Shown: positions 16,512 through 27,103 of the stretch, in pieces
Numbering within the stretch: position 1 is the stretch's first letter
Layout of the letters: every line of letters starts with the position of its first letter
IMG/VR virus record: IMGVR_UViG_3300046706_000011
Location: 26,507 to 90,506 of that record
Reading direction: 5' to 3' (one strand)
From: a virus
DNA: 64,000 nucleotides
The notes under the pieces: model-generated
Seen by the model: the letters and a program-made list of their open reading frames with translations, nothing else
What the model was told of the DNA's origin: nothing
Database searches by the model: none
Translations under genes and position numbers: made by a program

Positions 16512-19500
16512 CTAGGCGACGGTGACCGTCCCGATGGCGTTGCCCAGGACGCAGCCGAACGCCGTCCCGGCCACCAGCTCGATCCGGAAGGTCTCCCCCG
16601 GGTCGGCCGCGGCGTCGGAGGAAACCTGGACGGGGATGTTGACGACCGTGTCGGACGACCCGAACGACACCGTCTGGTCCACGGCGGTATAGTCGGCGCC
16701 GGGGGTCGCGGCATGGGCGACGGTCCGGAAGCGCACCGAGCAGGCGCCGGCCCCGGCCTTGGTGACCGGGACCGTCACGGTGCCCCCCTCCGCCGCGGAC
16801 AGCGCGGCCGGGATGCCGACGAGCGGCGGGGGCTCCTCCGGCGGGGGCGCGGCGTAGGCGAGGTTCCCCGACCGCGGGGCGGCGTCGGCGTCGGGCAGCG
16901 CGGCGGTCCACTGGCGGACCGCCTGGACGAGGAGGCTCGCGGGGTTGGCCCCGGTCGGCTCGCCCGCCCCGATGCGCAGCGACGTGACCGTGAGCGGCGA
17001 GGCCGCGCCCGCGACGCCGACCGGGGTCTCGCCCCGCTTGGCGCCCGCGTCGAACAGGGCGAACCGGGCGGCGTGGTCCACGACCAGGAGCGCGGTGTGC
17101 GGGGCGCCCCGGACGTTGGCCCCGCCGACCAGGGTCGGCAGGTCCGCTCCCGCGGTGTGGAGGCGGGCGAGGACCACGCCGCCCTCCACGTTGACGACGT
17201 CGTTGTCCACGCCGCCGCTGGGGATGTCCTTGGACTGGAAGACGCGCTGGACCGTGGGCACGTCGCGCAGCCGGGCGAACCGGATGCCGAGGCTGTAGGT
17301 CCGCCGCTGGAACCACGTCCCGGTCGCGCGCAGGACGTCGGCGGCGCGCACGGTCTTGGCGGTCGCCCCCGGCGCGGGCACGATGGGCGAGCTGTACCCG
17401 GCGCCCGGCTCGACCTGGAGGTGGGCGACGTCGATGCCCGGCGGTTCGGACGGGGCGCCGAACTCCGCCGTGAAGTCGCCGGAGAACTCGTTCCCCGCCG
17501 CGACCGCGGCGGGGTTGCCCAGGGCGTCGGAGGGGAACAGCTCGATCTCGGCCCCGACCCCGGCCGACCCCGCCTGGGCGCGGTCCATGGAGACCGTGTA
17601 CCATCCGGGAAGGATCGGGTCGGCCTCGACGGCGGCGACGGTGCCGGTGTCGGACAGCACGACCGACCCGGCCCCGGACAGGCCGTAGACGGCCAGCATC
17701 CAGACGTTGTCGATGCCCTTGGTGCGCAGGGTCCAGTACGGGAGGCCGCCGACCGGCCGGACGATGGCCGAGAGCGTGAACTCCCCGGTCGGCATGTCGC
17801 TGTTCGACGCGGACAGCGCGAGCGTCATCTTGTGCGCGGTCGCGGTCCCGTCGATGCGCCAGCGCAGGGACCGGGTCCCGGTCGGGACCGCCGTCGCGGT
17901 GTCCAGGGCCTTGGTCGATGCCGTCGCGACGAAGCCGGGATCGACGCCGTCGTACAGGCGCTGCTCGGCGGCGGCCGGCTCGACCAGGAGTCCCGACGCG
18001 GCGGGGGTGAGGAAGTGGTGGCGGGGGGCGTTGGCCGCGACCGCCACCCAGGCCCCGGCGGCGTTCCGGGCGCGGGCGGCGCCGCCGCGGGTCAGGGACC
18101 ACTCGGCGGGGAGGGCGGCGCCGAACGTGTTCGCCACCGCCGCGACGGGTTCCTGACGGGCGGCGCGCCGCAGCGTGACGGCGCAGCGGCGCGGCCCCAG
18201 CACGGCCCCGGCCGGTCCGATCAGGTCGATGAAGAACGTCCGGTCCGCGGCCGTGGAGCGGGAGGCCAGCGCGACGTCGATCCGCGCCGCGTAGGACCCC
18301 GGCGCGAAGGTGACGGCGCCCCGCGCGCCGACGTAATCGACCCCGGCGACGGCGGTGGCGTCCACGGTGCGCCAGGAGACGCCGGGGCCGGTCGGCACCC
18401 CGGTCAGGCCGACGACCAGCGCGACGGTGGTCTCGGACGGCGGGACGGCGCGGGTCGGCTGGATGTCCAGGGCCGGCCGCACCACCTCCCGCCCCGCGGC
18501 GGACAGGTCGGTCGAGAACACCCGGGCCTCCGGGCCGGACAGGGACCGACGCCAGTACTTGAGCCGCCGGAGGACCACGGCCCCGGCGTTCGCGCCGGAC
18601 GGCTCCGCGCCGATCCGCAGGGCCGACAGGCTCGACGGGACGGCCCCGGCGCTGTCGGTGGCGAGCACCGTCCCGTCGCTCACGAGCCGGAACTCGTCGG
18701 GTCCGGCGACGACGACGACGGTCCGTTCCGAGCGCACGGCGGGGGACGGCCCGCTGAGTTGCGCCGAGAGGTTGACCTGCCCCGCCGCCGCCCCCGCGGT
18801 CGCGGCGGTGAAGGTCAGGCCGGTGGGTTCCTGGCGCAGGTCCAGCAGGTCCGGGCCGAAGCCGCTCAGGATGGCGGTCGGGGCGTCCGACAGGGGGGTG
18901 TACTGGAGGCCGAAGGTCTTCGCCCCCGGCCCCAGCCAGTCCGGGGCGCAGGCCAGCGCGTCGGGCGCGCGGGTGACGGCGACCGTCCCGTCGGTGAGGA
19001 TCGGCGAGGTGCAGTCCGGGCCGATCTCGGCGCCGAGGTAGGCGACCAGGATGCCCGACGTCCCGTCGCCCGCGTGGCTGCGCGTCCCGGACGCCGGCAG
19101 GAGCAGGAGGTTGCAGGCCGGGGCGGTGGTCCCGGCTTGGTAGGCCATGGTCATGCGCAGTTCCCAGAACCCGTCCCGGTCGGGCTCCAGGGACGCCGCG
19201 ACCCGGCTTCCGCCGGGCGTCGCGGCCCCGCCCCCGGCGGTCGTGAACAGGACGGTGGCGGTGGTGTTGGTCCGGTCGGTCAGGATGAACAGGCCGGTCT
19301 CGTACTGGGGGCCGAAGAACCGGAAGACGAACCGGAAGCTGACGGTCGCGTTGTCGCCGATCGGCGACATCAGCGCGGAACCGGAGGGCAGGCCGAAGCC
19401 GTGCTCCGCGGCGGCGGTCGTCGGGACGATCCGGGTGGCCCCGAGCCCGAACGGCGTCTGGACGGCGGGGTCGGTGCCGGCTGTGGCGGCGACCGGGGCG

Positions 19501-19784
19501 ATCCCGACCGTGCCGTCCGCCGCGCGGGAGCGGTGGACGAGCTGGGTGCGGGCCTGGGACTCGACCAGGGTCCCCAGGTAGTCGAAGGACGTCGGGTGCG
19601 TGTAGGGCCGCGGGACGTTGGCGGCGAAGGACGCCCAACGCCCGTCCCCGCCGCGCCCGAGCGCCGGCCCGGCCCGCGACAGCGTCCACTCCAGGGGCAC
19701 GGTCCCGTCCGCGAACCAGTCCTCGTCGGCGGGCGGCACGGTCGCGGCGGTCGGGAGCGACCCGATGAACAGCCAGGGCGTCAT
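16512..19784 (-). CDS. 1090-aa virion spike/adhesin made of two LamG-like fibre modules, each followed by a Calx-beta-like domain
   Basis: Duplicated (L/T)SR...G.W...AN.PR..GLLVE and SPI..T....TVRAAD motifs. Calx-beta-like TVDATAVAGVDY..G.VTF and TVAHAATPGADY...VSF..D...DPGETF.IEL. Confidence 0.7.
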   Translation of the reverse strand: MTPWLFIGSLPTAATVPPADEDWFADGTVPLEWTLSRAGPALGRGGDGRWASFAANVPRPYTHPTSFDYLGTLVESQARTQLVHRSRAADGTVGIAPVAATAGTDPAVQTPFGLGATRIVPTTAAAEHGFGLPSGSALMSPIGDNATVSFRFVFRFFGPQYETGLFILTDRTNTTATVLFTTAGGGAATPGGSRVAASLEPDRDGFWELRMTMAYQAGTTAPACNLLLLPASGTRSHAGDGTSGILVAYLGAEIGPDCTSPILTDGTVAVTRAPDALACAPDWLGPGAKTFGLQYTPLSDAPTAILSGFGPDLLDLRQEPTGLTFTAATAGAAAGQVNLSAQLSGPSPAVRSERTVVVVAGPDEFRLVSDGTVLATDSAGAVPSSLSALRIGAEPSGANAGAVVLRRLKYWRRSLSGPEARVFSTDLSAAGREVVRPALDIQPTRAVPPSETTVALVVGLTGVPTGPGVSWRTVDATAVAGVDYVGARGAVTFAPGSYAARIDVALASRSTAADRTFFIDLIGPAGAVLGPRRCAVTLRRAARQEPVAAVANTFGAALPAEWSLTRGGAARARNAAGAWVAVAANAPRHHFLTPAASGLLVEPAAAEQRLYDGVDPGFVATASTKALDTATAVPTGTRSLRWRIDGTATAHKMTLALSASNSDMPTGEFTLSAIVRPVGGLPYWTLRTKGIDNVWMLAVYGLSGAGSVVLSDTGTVAAVEADPILPGWYTVSMDRAQAGSAGVGAEIELFPSDALGNPAAVAAGNEFSGDFTAEFGAPSEPPGIDVAHLQVEPGAGYSSPIVPAPGATAKTVRAADVLRATGTWFQRRTYSLGIRFARLRDVPTVQRVFQSKDIPSGGVDNDVVNVEGGVVLARLHTAGADLPTLVGGANVRGAPHTALLVVDHAARFALFDAGAKRGETPVGVAGAASPLTVTSLRIGAGEPTGANPASLLVQAVRQWTAALPDADAAPRSGNLAYAAPPPEEPPPLVGIPAALSAAEGGTVTVPVTKAGAGACSVRFRTVAHAATPGADYTAVDQTVSFGSSDTVVNIPVQVSSDAAADPGETFRIELVAGTAFGCVLGNAIGTVTVA

Positions 19785-19787
19785 CGG

Positions 19788-21242
19788 TCACGCCGTCCGG
19801 TAGTAGATGGCGAACGCAAGGTCGGCGCAGTCGGCGGACGGGTTGGACAGGGTCAGGGACAGCTCGCTGCCGGCCGGGGTCGGGATGACCTGGGAGACCA
19901 CGGCCTCGCCCGGCGTGGCGGAGGCGGTCCCCGCCAGCCCGCCCGCGCCCTGGGCGTCGGAACCGACGACCACGCCGCCGGCCCGGACCTGGAAGGCGAC
20001 GGTGCCGGACGCGGTCCGGGTCCGCACGCTGGTGACGGCGACGTCGGCGGGCGTGCCGAGGACGAGGACGTAGTCCTTGGCCTCCGGGCTCCCGACGAGC
20101 CCGGGGACCACCCCCGGCAGGCCGAGGATGCGCCGCCCGTTGGTCTCCAGGTCGTTGCCGAGCCGGGGCGCGGGGTCCTGCACGAGGGCCGCGAGGCCGG
20201 CGGGCGGGACGTCGGAGCCGCGCCACGTCCCGTCGTCGGAGCGCCGGAGGTACTGGCCGGGGGTGGCGTCGGCGGACAGGACGCCCGCGAGGTCGGACAG
20301 GGCGGGCGGGCGGAACGTGACGCTGTAGGAGGTGCCGTCCGCCGACAGCGTGGTGGCGAAGCGGGCGGCCTCCAGGGACAGGGTCCGGAACTGGAGGTCG
20401 GCGCCGGACTTCTGGCGGAAGAGCTGGACCGCGCCGGTCCCGACGTTGGACGCGGTGTTGGCCTCGCCGCCGGGGGTCCCGGCCCCCGTGGCGCTGACGA
20501 CGACGTCGTTGGCGTCCTGGGTGACGGTGATGCCGACGCCGGGCCGGATGCCGCGGAACTCCAGGTTGGCGCCGGACTTGCGCGCGAACACGCCGACCGA
20601 GGTGCCCGACCCGGCGTTGGAGGCGGTGTTGGCCTCGCCCGGCGCGGGGACGGTGATCGTCACGTCGTCCGGGTTCTCGGCGATGCTCACCGAGCCGTTG
20701 GCCTTGAGGCGGCGGAACTCCAGGGTCGAGCCGTTCCGCTGCTTGAAGACCGTGGCGCCGCCCGTGCCGACGTTGGCCCCGTCCACCGACCCGCCCCCGG
20801 CCGCGCCCGGCCCCCAGCTCCCGTCCGCGAACCGGGTCAGCACCTGCCCGTTCGACGCGCCCGACACGGCGACGTCCTGGAGGTCGTCGAGCAGCCGGAC
20901 GCCGCCGCCGGTCGAGGGGATGTCGGCGTCGATCTCCTGGATCGCGCGGGCGATGACGAGGACGGCGTCCACGTCGCCCGGCTCCGGGACCGGATAGCCG
21001 CGCAGGGGCGTGAAGCTGGTCGTGATCCAGTAGGACGCCCCCGCCCGCGTGACGCCCTGGTACGGCGCGGAGAGCACGACCTCGGTGTCGGACGGGACGG
21101 AGGCGACCGTGTACGAGGCCCGCTCGCCCGACAGGACGAGCATGGCGCCGGGCTCGACGGCGGCCGTCCAGGCGGTCCCGTCGCCCCGGACCGTCGAGGA
21201 GTTGCTGGTGACCGAGACGGTGCCGGCGCGGTATTGCATCAA
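19788..21242 (-). CDS. tail fibre protein
   Basis: N-terminal YRAGTVSVT...TV.G.GTAW tail-attachment motif, LDDLQDV..S.A.NGQVL repeats and three (GE)ANTASNVG..F..K.G..L.FR repeats. Confidence 0.75.
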   Translation of the reverse strand: MMQYRAGTVSVTSNSSTVRGDGTAWTAAVEPGAMLVLSGERASYTVASVPSDTEVVLSAPYQGVTRAGASYWITTSFTPLRGYPVPEPGDVDAVLVIARAIQEIDADIPSTGGGVRLLDDLQDVAVSGASNGQVLTRFADGSWGPGAAGGGSVDGANVGTGGATVFKQRNGSTLEFRRLKANGSVSIAENPDDVTITVPAPGEANTASNAGSGTSVGVFARKSGANLEFRGIRPGVGITVTQDANDVVVSATGAGTPGGEANTASNVGTGAVQLFRQKSGADLQFRTLSLEAARFATTLSADGTSYSVTFRPPALSDLAGVLSADATPGQYLRRSDDGTWRGSDVPPAGLAALVQDPAPRLGNDLETNGRRILGLPGVVPGLVGSPEAKDYVLVLGTPADVAVTSVRTRTASGTVAFQVRAGGVVVGSDAQGAGGLAGTASATPGEAVVSQVIPTPAGSELSLTLSNPSADCADLAFAIYYRTA

Positions 21243-21297
21243 ATCACTCCGGACAGGGGGAGGCCCGCCCCGGGGAGCGGGTCCGGGATGGGGGAGG

Positions 21298-21741
21298 TCA
21301 CGCCTTCGGGGGCTCCGGGGGCGGCGTGCCGATGCCGTCGAGGACCGCGGCGGCCTGGGCCACGGCGGCGTCGATGGCGGCGGCGCCGGGGGCGGCGCGC
21401 ACCTGGGCCTTGGCCGCGACGCTGACCTGCTCGACGGCGGCGGCGACCTGCTGCCACTGGCGGTTCATGTCCAGCCACAGGGCGGCGAGGTCCCCGGCGG
21501 TCGGCGCCGTGGCGCCGGTCTCCGCCGCGAGGTAGGGGAAGCGGTCCATGTCGATGGGGGTCCCGGCGGCCTGGGCGGCGAGGTAGGCTTCCGCCTCGGC
21601 GCGCTTGTCCGCGTAGATCTGGTGCTTGCCGGGGGTCGCGAACCGGGCGCGGGTGCGGTCGGCGGCTTGGTCGATGGCGACCTCGCCGCGGTGGCGCAGC
21701 AGGGCGAGGTTCTTGGCGGCGACGATGCGGGACAGGGTCAC
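21298..21741 (-). CDS. tail fibre assembly chaperone-like protein
   Basis: IYADKRAEAEAY...FPYLAAE pattern, located between J and the fibre gene. Confidence 0.55.
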   Translation of the reverse strand: MTLSRIVAAKNLALLRHRGEVAIDQAADRTRARFATPGKHQIYADKRAEAEAYLAAQAAGTPIDMDRFPYLAAETGATAPTAGDLAALWLDMNRQWQQVAAAVEQVSVAAKAQVRAAPGAAAIDAAVAQAAAVLDGIGTPPPEPPKA

Positions 21742-22199
21742 GTCGCGGTGATCTCCACGCGATAGGGCAGGAACGGGAAGTGCCGGACCTCGACCACGTA
21801 GGTGCCCGGATCGGCGGCGGCGAACACGAAGCCGCCGCCCTCGACCTCCTGGACGGTCGTCTCGACCAGCGGGTCCGGGGCGTCGATGACGATCGTGCAG
21901 GGATCGGGCAGGCCGGTCAGGACGGACTCGTCCACGCCGCCCGCCTCGACGGCGGCCTTGGAGACCTGGACCTGCATCGCGGGGCGGTCGAGCACGGCCA
22001 GCCGCCCGGCGAGCGTCCCGACGTAGTGGAGGTCCGGGTCGGCGGCCCGATCGATGATGGCGTGCTCCTCCCCGCCCCAGACGGCGAGGTTGGCGGCGAG
22101 CTGCGCGTCGAGCATGTCCGTCCCGCCGGAGATCCCGCCGGCCGACACGACGAGCCCGCTGTCGATGCGGTAGACGGCGAAGGGGACGGCCCCGGTCAA
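21738..22199 (-). CDS. small tail-associated protein downstream of J
   Basis: TTGA overlap with the J stop. PFAVYRIDSGLVV...FPFLPYRVEITAT. Confidence 0.55.
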   Translation of the reverse strand: MTGAVPFAVYRIDSGLVVSAGGISGGTDMLDAQLAANLAVWGGEEHAIIDRAADPDLHYVGTLAGRLAVLDRPAMQVQVSKAAVEAGGVDESVLTGLPDPCTIVIDAPDPLVETTVQEVEGGGFVFAAADPGTYVVEVRHFPFLPYRVEITAT

Positions 22200-25100
22200 C
22201 GCTTGTACTCCACGACGGTGATGGTGGCGCCCGCCACCGTCGTCCAGACGCTTCCGGTGTCGAGCTTCTGGTAGATGAAGGTGGTCGTGCTGCCGGCGGG
22301 GCGGTTGGTGACGGCTTGGTCCATGATGACGGTGCCGGACGCGCCGGAGGCGACGGCGATCTGCGCCCCGTTGGCGACGATGCGGACGGACTCCACGGTG
22401 ATGTTCGGGGTCGCGACCAGCCCGTTGGCGATGACGTGCATGGGGCCGCCCGTGGTGCTGACCATGGCGACGGCCCCGGACCGGGAATAGGCCATGGCCG
22501 TGACGGCCCCGGCGCGGATCTTGCCGGTGCTGACGGCCTCGCCGTTGATGTTGAACTCGCCGACGATGTTGACGCCCAGCCCGTTGGCGGTCAGCACCTC
22601 CTGGCCGAAGCGGTTCCGGACGTAGAGGCCGTCGAGGTCGAGGTTCGGCGTCTGGCTGATCTGCCCGACGATCACGCGGTCGATGCCGTTCGCGTCGATG
22701 AAGAGGAAGCGGCGCCAGCCCGCCCGCCCGCCCTGGATGTGCAGGTGGCCGTAGCCCGGCATGACCTGCCCGACGATGACGTCGTCGGCCTGGATGGTCC
22801 CGCCCCACAGCTTGTCGAAGGCCATGTTTATGATGTGGCCGTCGTGCAGGACGGCGTTGGCGATGTGCGCCCCGTTGATGGTGGCGGTGCCGATCTGGGC
22901 GCTGTTGGTGATGAGCGTCCCGGTGCTCAGTTCCCGCGCGCTGATGGTGTTGGCCTGGATGCGGTTGGCGTGGACCGTGCCGGTCCGGATGGTGTCCCCG
23001 TCGATCACGGTCAGGCCGAAGTGGCAGTACAGGAAGACGCCGCCCGCGTAGTAGCCCACGACGACGTTGCTGGGGGATGCCTGGACGGCCGGGTCGGTCG
23101 TCGCGGCGATGCCCCCGGCGCCGGGATACCAGTAGAGGTACAGGAGCGGGCCGGTGAACTGGGCGCTGCCGGCGACGATGCCCTCCGTCGCGTTGCCGGT
23201 CCCGGCGTCGTTCGGATAGGTCGCGAAGCCGGCCGACCACGCGACGGTGTTGGTCTCCTTGCGGGCCTCGAACTGGATGCCGACGAAATCGACGGCCCGG
23301 CTCCCGACGGCGAGGCTGTTGGCGCGGATGCTCCCGGTCGCGATGGTGCCGCCGTTGATCTTGGTGTTGTCGCCGCCGAAGCGCCAGCTCGCCAGCGTCG
23401 TCCCGCCGGATATGGCGATCCGGCCGGGGTCGATCTGGGTGGTGCCGGCGTTGATGGCCAGCGCCGGGTCGCCGCCGCCCTGGACGATCTGCGACAGTTG
23501 CCGCCCGTCCACGGTGACCGAGCCCGAGAGCACCGAGCCCGCCCGGATCTTGGAGGCGTCGAGGCTCGCGATCTTGGCGTCGTCGATCGTGCCGTCCTTG
23601 ATGAAGGCGTTGGATATGCTGAGTTCCTGGTAGTCGGCTTCCTCGACCTTGCGGGCGCGGCCCAGGACGCCGCCGGTCGTCGATGCCGGGTAGAAGCCCG
23701 ATCGGTTCCCGGAGCGGTCCACCGCGCGTATCCAGTACCAGCGGGTCTCCCCGGCCGGCATTCCCTCGCGGGCGAAGGTGGTCCCGGGCGCATGGGCGAC
23801 GAGTCCGGACTGCGCGCGGTCGTCGGCCGGCGCCTCCCAGACCTCCATGTGGCTGAAGTCGGGGGCCGGGTGCCGGGCCCATTGGAGCCAGACGGTCCGG
23901 AAGCTGGAGACCGCGGCCAGCGTCTCGGGGGTGGCCGGGGCCTCGGTGTCGCCGCCGATGGTGATGGAGACCGGGTCGCTGTAGGGCGAGGCGTTCGAGA
24001 TGTTGTCCGTGGCGCGGACCTTGACCGAGTAGGTCGCCCCCGCGTCCACGACCCACTCGTAGGCCGGCTGGTCGGCGAGGTAGTAGACATAGTCGCCGCC
24101 GGCCTGGGCGATGGCGACGCCGTACTGGAGGAAGTCGCCCTCGGTGTTCGCGTTCCAGGTGGCGCGCAGCCGGTACGTCGGGGTGCCGTCCGGGCCGACC
24201 GTCGCGGAGGTCGTGAGCGCGATGCCGGTCGGGACGGCGGGCGGGATGAAGTCGGGCGGCTTGACACCGCCCACGGCGACCCGGAACTCGGCCGAGACGT
24301 TGAGCCCGGTCTTGCCGAAGCTGTCGTAGGCCGCGACGCGGACGAACCGGACGGAGGACTCCGGGACCCGGACCACGGCGTAGGTGCTGTCGCCCTCGTA
24401 GGCCAGGGTCGCGGGGCCGGGGGCGTATCCCGTGGCCTCGCCGAGCCACACCAGGGTGCCGGCGTAGTCCAGGTCCCCGGGGCGGTCGAAGCTGACGAAG
24501 ATGCTCCCGACGCCGGGCAGGATCTGGAGGTTGGTCGGCTGCGCGGGCGCCGGGTTGCTGACGTCGAGGTCGGCGGGGCGCGAGTAGTTTCCCCACTTGT
24601 CGCGCATCAGCACTTCGAACCGGAAGGCCCGGTAGGGTCCCCCGGCGGACCGGGCGTTCTTCTCGAAGGTGAAGGCGTAGCGGGTCTCGTTCGTGTGGTC
24701 GGTGAAGACGAGCGCCCCGGAGGGGCCGTAGACCCGGACCTCGAAGTCCCGGAAGATCGCGTCGAGGTACCCGGCGCCGGCCGCCGGTTCCTGGCCGACC
24801 GGGTAGGCGCCGCGGATCGCGGTCGCGCGCCACACGAAGACGGGGTCGCGCCCGCCGAAGACGGTGTCGTTGCCCTGGCCCTCAAGCTCAAGCCCGGTCG
24901 GGCGCAGCAGGGTGATGGGGGACTCGTTGAGGATGTCCACCCGGAGGATGGCGGGCAGGCTCATGGAGCCCGCGAAGTTGACCGCCAGGACGTGGAAGGT
25001 GTAGGAGCCGGCGCCCTCGCCGTAGATCGTCGCGGTGGTCGAGGGGTTCTCGGGAAGGGCCTGCCACGCGCCGAGGTTCTTCTGCCAGCGGACGACGTAG

Positions 25101-27103
25101 CCGCGCACGAAGGGGTCGGGGGAACCGGTCCAGGTGACCTGGAGGGCGTCGGTGAAGCCGGTCGGGGTCGAGATGTACTCGCGGGTGACGTTGACGTCGG
25201 AGGGCGGCGCGACGACGCCGGGGTTCGGCAGGCGGGTGAACGGGGGGCGCTCGAACTGGATGCCCTGCTCGACGCGGGCGTACTTGGTCGGGTCGTGGAT
25301 GATGGCGCTGACCGAGAACTCCAGGTCGTCGTCTTCCTTGATGCCCAGGATCTTGAACGGCCTCGGGGCGAGGAGCGTGGAGGTGACGATCCAGCTCGAC
25401 TCGGGGAGGGGTGCGGCGCTGAAAGCCGGCGATACCGTCAGGCTCTCGTGGGTGCCGGGTCCGAGCGCGACGTTGCGGGTCTCGACCGTGCCGTTCGGCA
25501 GGGTCGCCATCAGCTTGTAGCTGCTGCCCGCCTCGATGGGGAAGGGCGCGTCGAGCCGGACGACGGACGGGCTGGCGCTGACGACCTTGCCGCCCGAGCG
25601 GAGGTTGGCGTAGTCGGGGTCCGCGACCGCCGCGACGGTGCCGGGATTGACGTTCAGGTGGTTGAGCGAGCACTTGTACCCAAGTCCCTCCGACTGGGTC
25701 TTCTCGGTGTCGAGCGTCCACTTGCCGAGCCGGTGGGCCTGCCCGCGCGAGGTGCAGGCGAAGGCGTTGATCTCGACGGGGTTCCAGCCGTAGCGCTCGA
25801 TGCCGTCGGCGTCCTCGACGGTCTCGATGCTCTGCTCGTAGCTCGCCTCCTTGTCGAGGTAGCTGACCAGGGCGACCGTGTGGCGGGCCTTGAGCGCCGC
25901 GCCCGTGTACTCGAAGCCGTCCACGGTGTCGGCCTGGGAGACCAGGACGTCCGGGTCGCGCGGCATGTCGGCGACGACCGAGACGGCCCCGGCGCTCCAG
26001 TAGGTCATGGCGCGGAAGCTGGAGGCCAGCGCGTTGATGACCGAGTACGCCTCGGTCCGGGAATTCAGGACGAAGTTCGCGGAGAAGCGGGGCTCGAACC
26101 CGCCGAACCCGTCCGGGACGCGCTCGGTGCAGTAGCGCGAGATCTCGTAGAGCGCCCACTTGTCCACCTGCGAGTCCTGCATCCCCGCGCCGGCCGGGTG
26201 GGTGAGGAGGTGGTAGTAGAGCCACGCCGGGTCGTCGGTCCACTGCCGCTTGAAGGCGCCGTCCCAGAAGGACGACAGGTAGGTGCGCGTCTCGCCGTCC
26301 AGGATGGTCGGGACGCGGACGATCCAGCCCTTCCAGTCGTACGCGCGGCTGGGCACGTTGTTGCCGAACAGCTCGCCGTCCACCTGGACGCCGACGAGCG
26401 CGGTGCGCCGGTAGGTCAGCGCGAGGTCCACCAGCTCCGTGAAGCTGTCGAAGTTCAGCGTGTTCTGCTCGGTGGCGAGCGTGCTGTCGGGGGTCAGGCG
26501 CCAGACCTGGACGTCCCAGGGGCCGGCGCCGCCGAGCGGGAGGCGGTAGGACTCCTGGTACGCCCCCATGTTCTTGCCGTCGATGGCCTGGGGGTAGTCG
26601 GTCCAGGAGGCGGTCGGGGTGACGCGGCGGATGCGGACGACGAAATCGACGCGGCTGCCGTTGGTGTCGCCCGTGACGGTGTCCTGCCGGAAGATCGACG
26701 GCAGGCCGACCGTGACCCGCACGGCGTTGGCGTCGAGGTTGCTGATGCGGCGGGTGACGGCGAAGGCGGCGCCGGCCTTGACGGTGACGCCGACCGAATG
26801 GGGGGTCTCGACCGCCGGGAAGCCCCGGACCCAGTCCTGGTCGGACGTGCCCGTCCGCTGCTCCCACGAGACGCCGGTGAAGTTGAAGCTGCCGTCGATG
26901 TTCTGGAGCGGGGTCCGGTCGAAGAAGATCGACTTGGCACCGTTGGCGAGCCCGACGCACTCGCCCTCGCAGATCGCGTCGAGGATGCGCGCGGTGGCCT
27001 TCGACCGGAGGGTGTTCGCGGCCTCGATCGGAGTTCTTGGCGCCGTGCTTCCGCTCGACGACGACCCGCCCTTGGCGCCGTGGATGCGGTAGCCGTCCGT
27101 CAT
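22196..27103 (-). CDS. central tail fibre / host specificity protein (lambda gpJ/TipJ-like)
   Basis: 1635 aa. IHGAKGG, DAICEGEC.GL, WTDDPAW, VPDGFGGFEPRF, FACTSRGQAHRLGKW, FN3-like repeats and IxAxxI repeats. Confidence 0.93.
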   Translation of the reverse strand: MTDGYRIHGAKGGSSSSGSTAPRTPIEAANTLRSKATARILDAICEGECVGLANGAKSIFFDRTPLQNIDGSFNFTGVSWEQRTGTSDQDWVRGFPAVETPHSVGVTVKAGAAFAVTRRISNLDANAVRVTVGLPSIFRQDTVTGDTNGSRVDFVVRIRRVTPTASWTDYPQAIDGKNMGAYQESYRLPLGGAGPWDVQVWRLTPDSTLATEQNTLNFDSFTELVDLALTYRRTALVGVQVDGELFGNNVPSRAYDWKGWIVRVPTILDGETRTYLSSFWDGAFKRQWTDDPAWLYYHLLTHPAGAGMQDSQVDKWALYEISRYCTERVPDGFGGFEPRFSANFVLNSRTEAYSVINALASSFRAMTYWSAGAVSVVADMPRDPDVLVSQADTVDGFEYTGAALKARHTVALVSYLDKEASYEQSIETVEDADGIERYGWNPVEINAFACTSRGQAHRLGKWTLDTEKTQSEGLGYKCSLNHLNVNPGTVAAVADPDYANLRSGGKVVSASPSVVRLDAPFPIEAGSSYKLMATLPNGTVETRNVALGPGTHESLTVSPAFSAAPLPESSWIVTSTLLAPRPFKILGIKEDDDLEFSVSAIIHDPTKYARVEQGIQFERPPFTRLPNPGVVAPPSDVNVTREYISTPTGFTDALQVTWTGSPDPFVRGYVVRWQKNLGAWQALPENPSTTATIYGEGAGSYTFHVLAVNFAGSMSLPAILRVDILNESPITLLRPTGLELEGQGNDTVFGGRDPVFVWRATAIRGAYPVGQEPAAGAGYLDAIFRDFEVRVYGPSGALVFTDHTNETRYAFTFEKNARSAGGPYRAFRFEVLMRDKWGNYSRPADLDVSNPAPAQPTNLQILPGVGSIFVSFDRPGDLDYAGTLVWLGEATGYAPGPATLAYEGDSTYAVVRVPESSVRFVRVAAYDSFGKTGLNVSAEFRVAVGGVKPPDFIPPAVPTGIALTTSATVGPDGTPTYRLRATWNANTEGDFLQYGVAIAQAGGDYVYYLADQPAYEWVVDAGATYSVKVRATDNISNASPYSDPVSITIGGDTEAPATPETLAAVSSFRTVWLQWARHPAPDFSHMEVWEAPADDRAQSGLVAHAPGTTFAREGMPAGETRWYWIRAVDRSGNRSGFYPASTTGGVLGRARKVEEADYQELSISNAFIKDGTIDDAKIASLDASKIRAGSVLSGSVTVDGRQLSQIVQGGGDPALAINAGTTQIDPGRIAISGGTTLASWRFGGDNTKINGGTIATGSIRANSLAVGSRAVDFVGIQFEARKETNTVAWSAGFATYPNDAGTGNATEGIVAGSAQFTGPLLYLYWYPGAGGIAATTDPAVQASPSNVVVGYYAGGVFLYCHFGLTVIDGDTIRTGTVHANRIQANTISARELSTGTLITNSAQIGTATINGAHIANAVLHDGHIINMAFDKLWGGTIQADDVIVGQVMPGYGHLHIQGGRAGWRRFLFIDANGIDRVIVGQISQTPNLDLDGLYVRNRFGQEVLTANGLGVNIVGEFNINGEAVSTGKIRAGAVTAMAYSRSGAVAMVSTTGGPMHVIANGLVATPNITVESVRIVANGAQIAVASGASGTVIMDQAVTNRPAGSTTTFIYQKLDTGSVWTTVAGATITVVEYKR

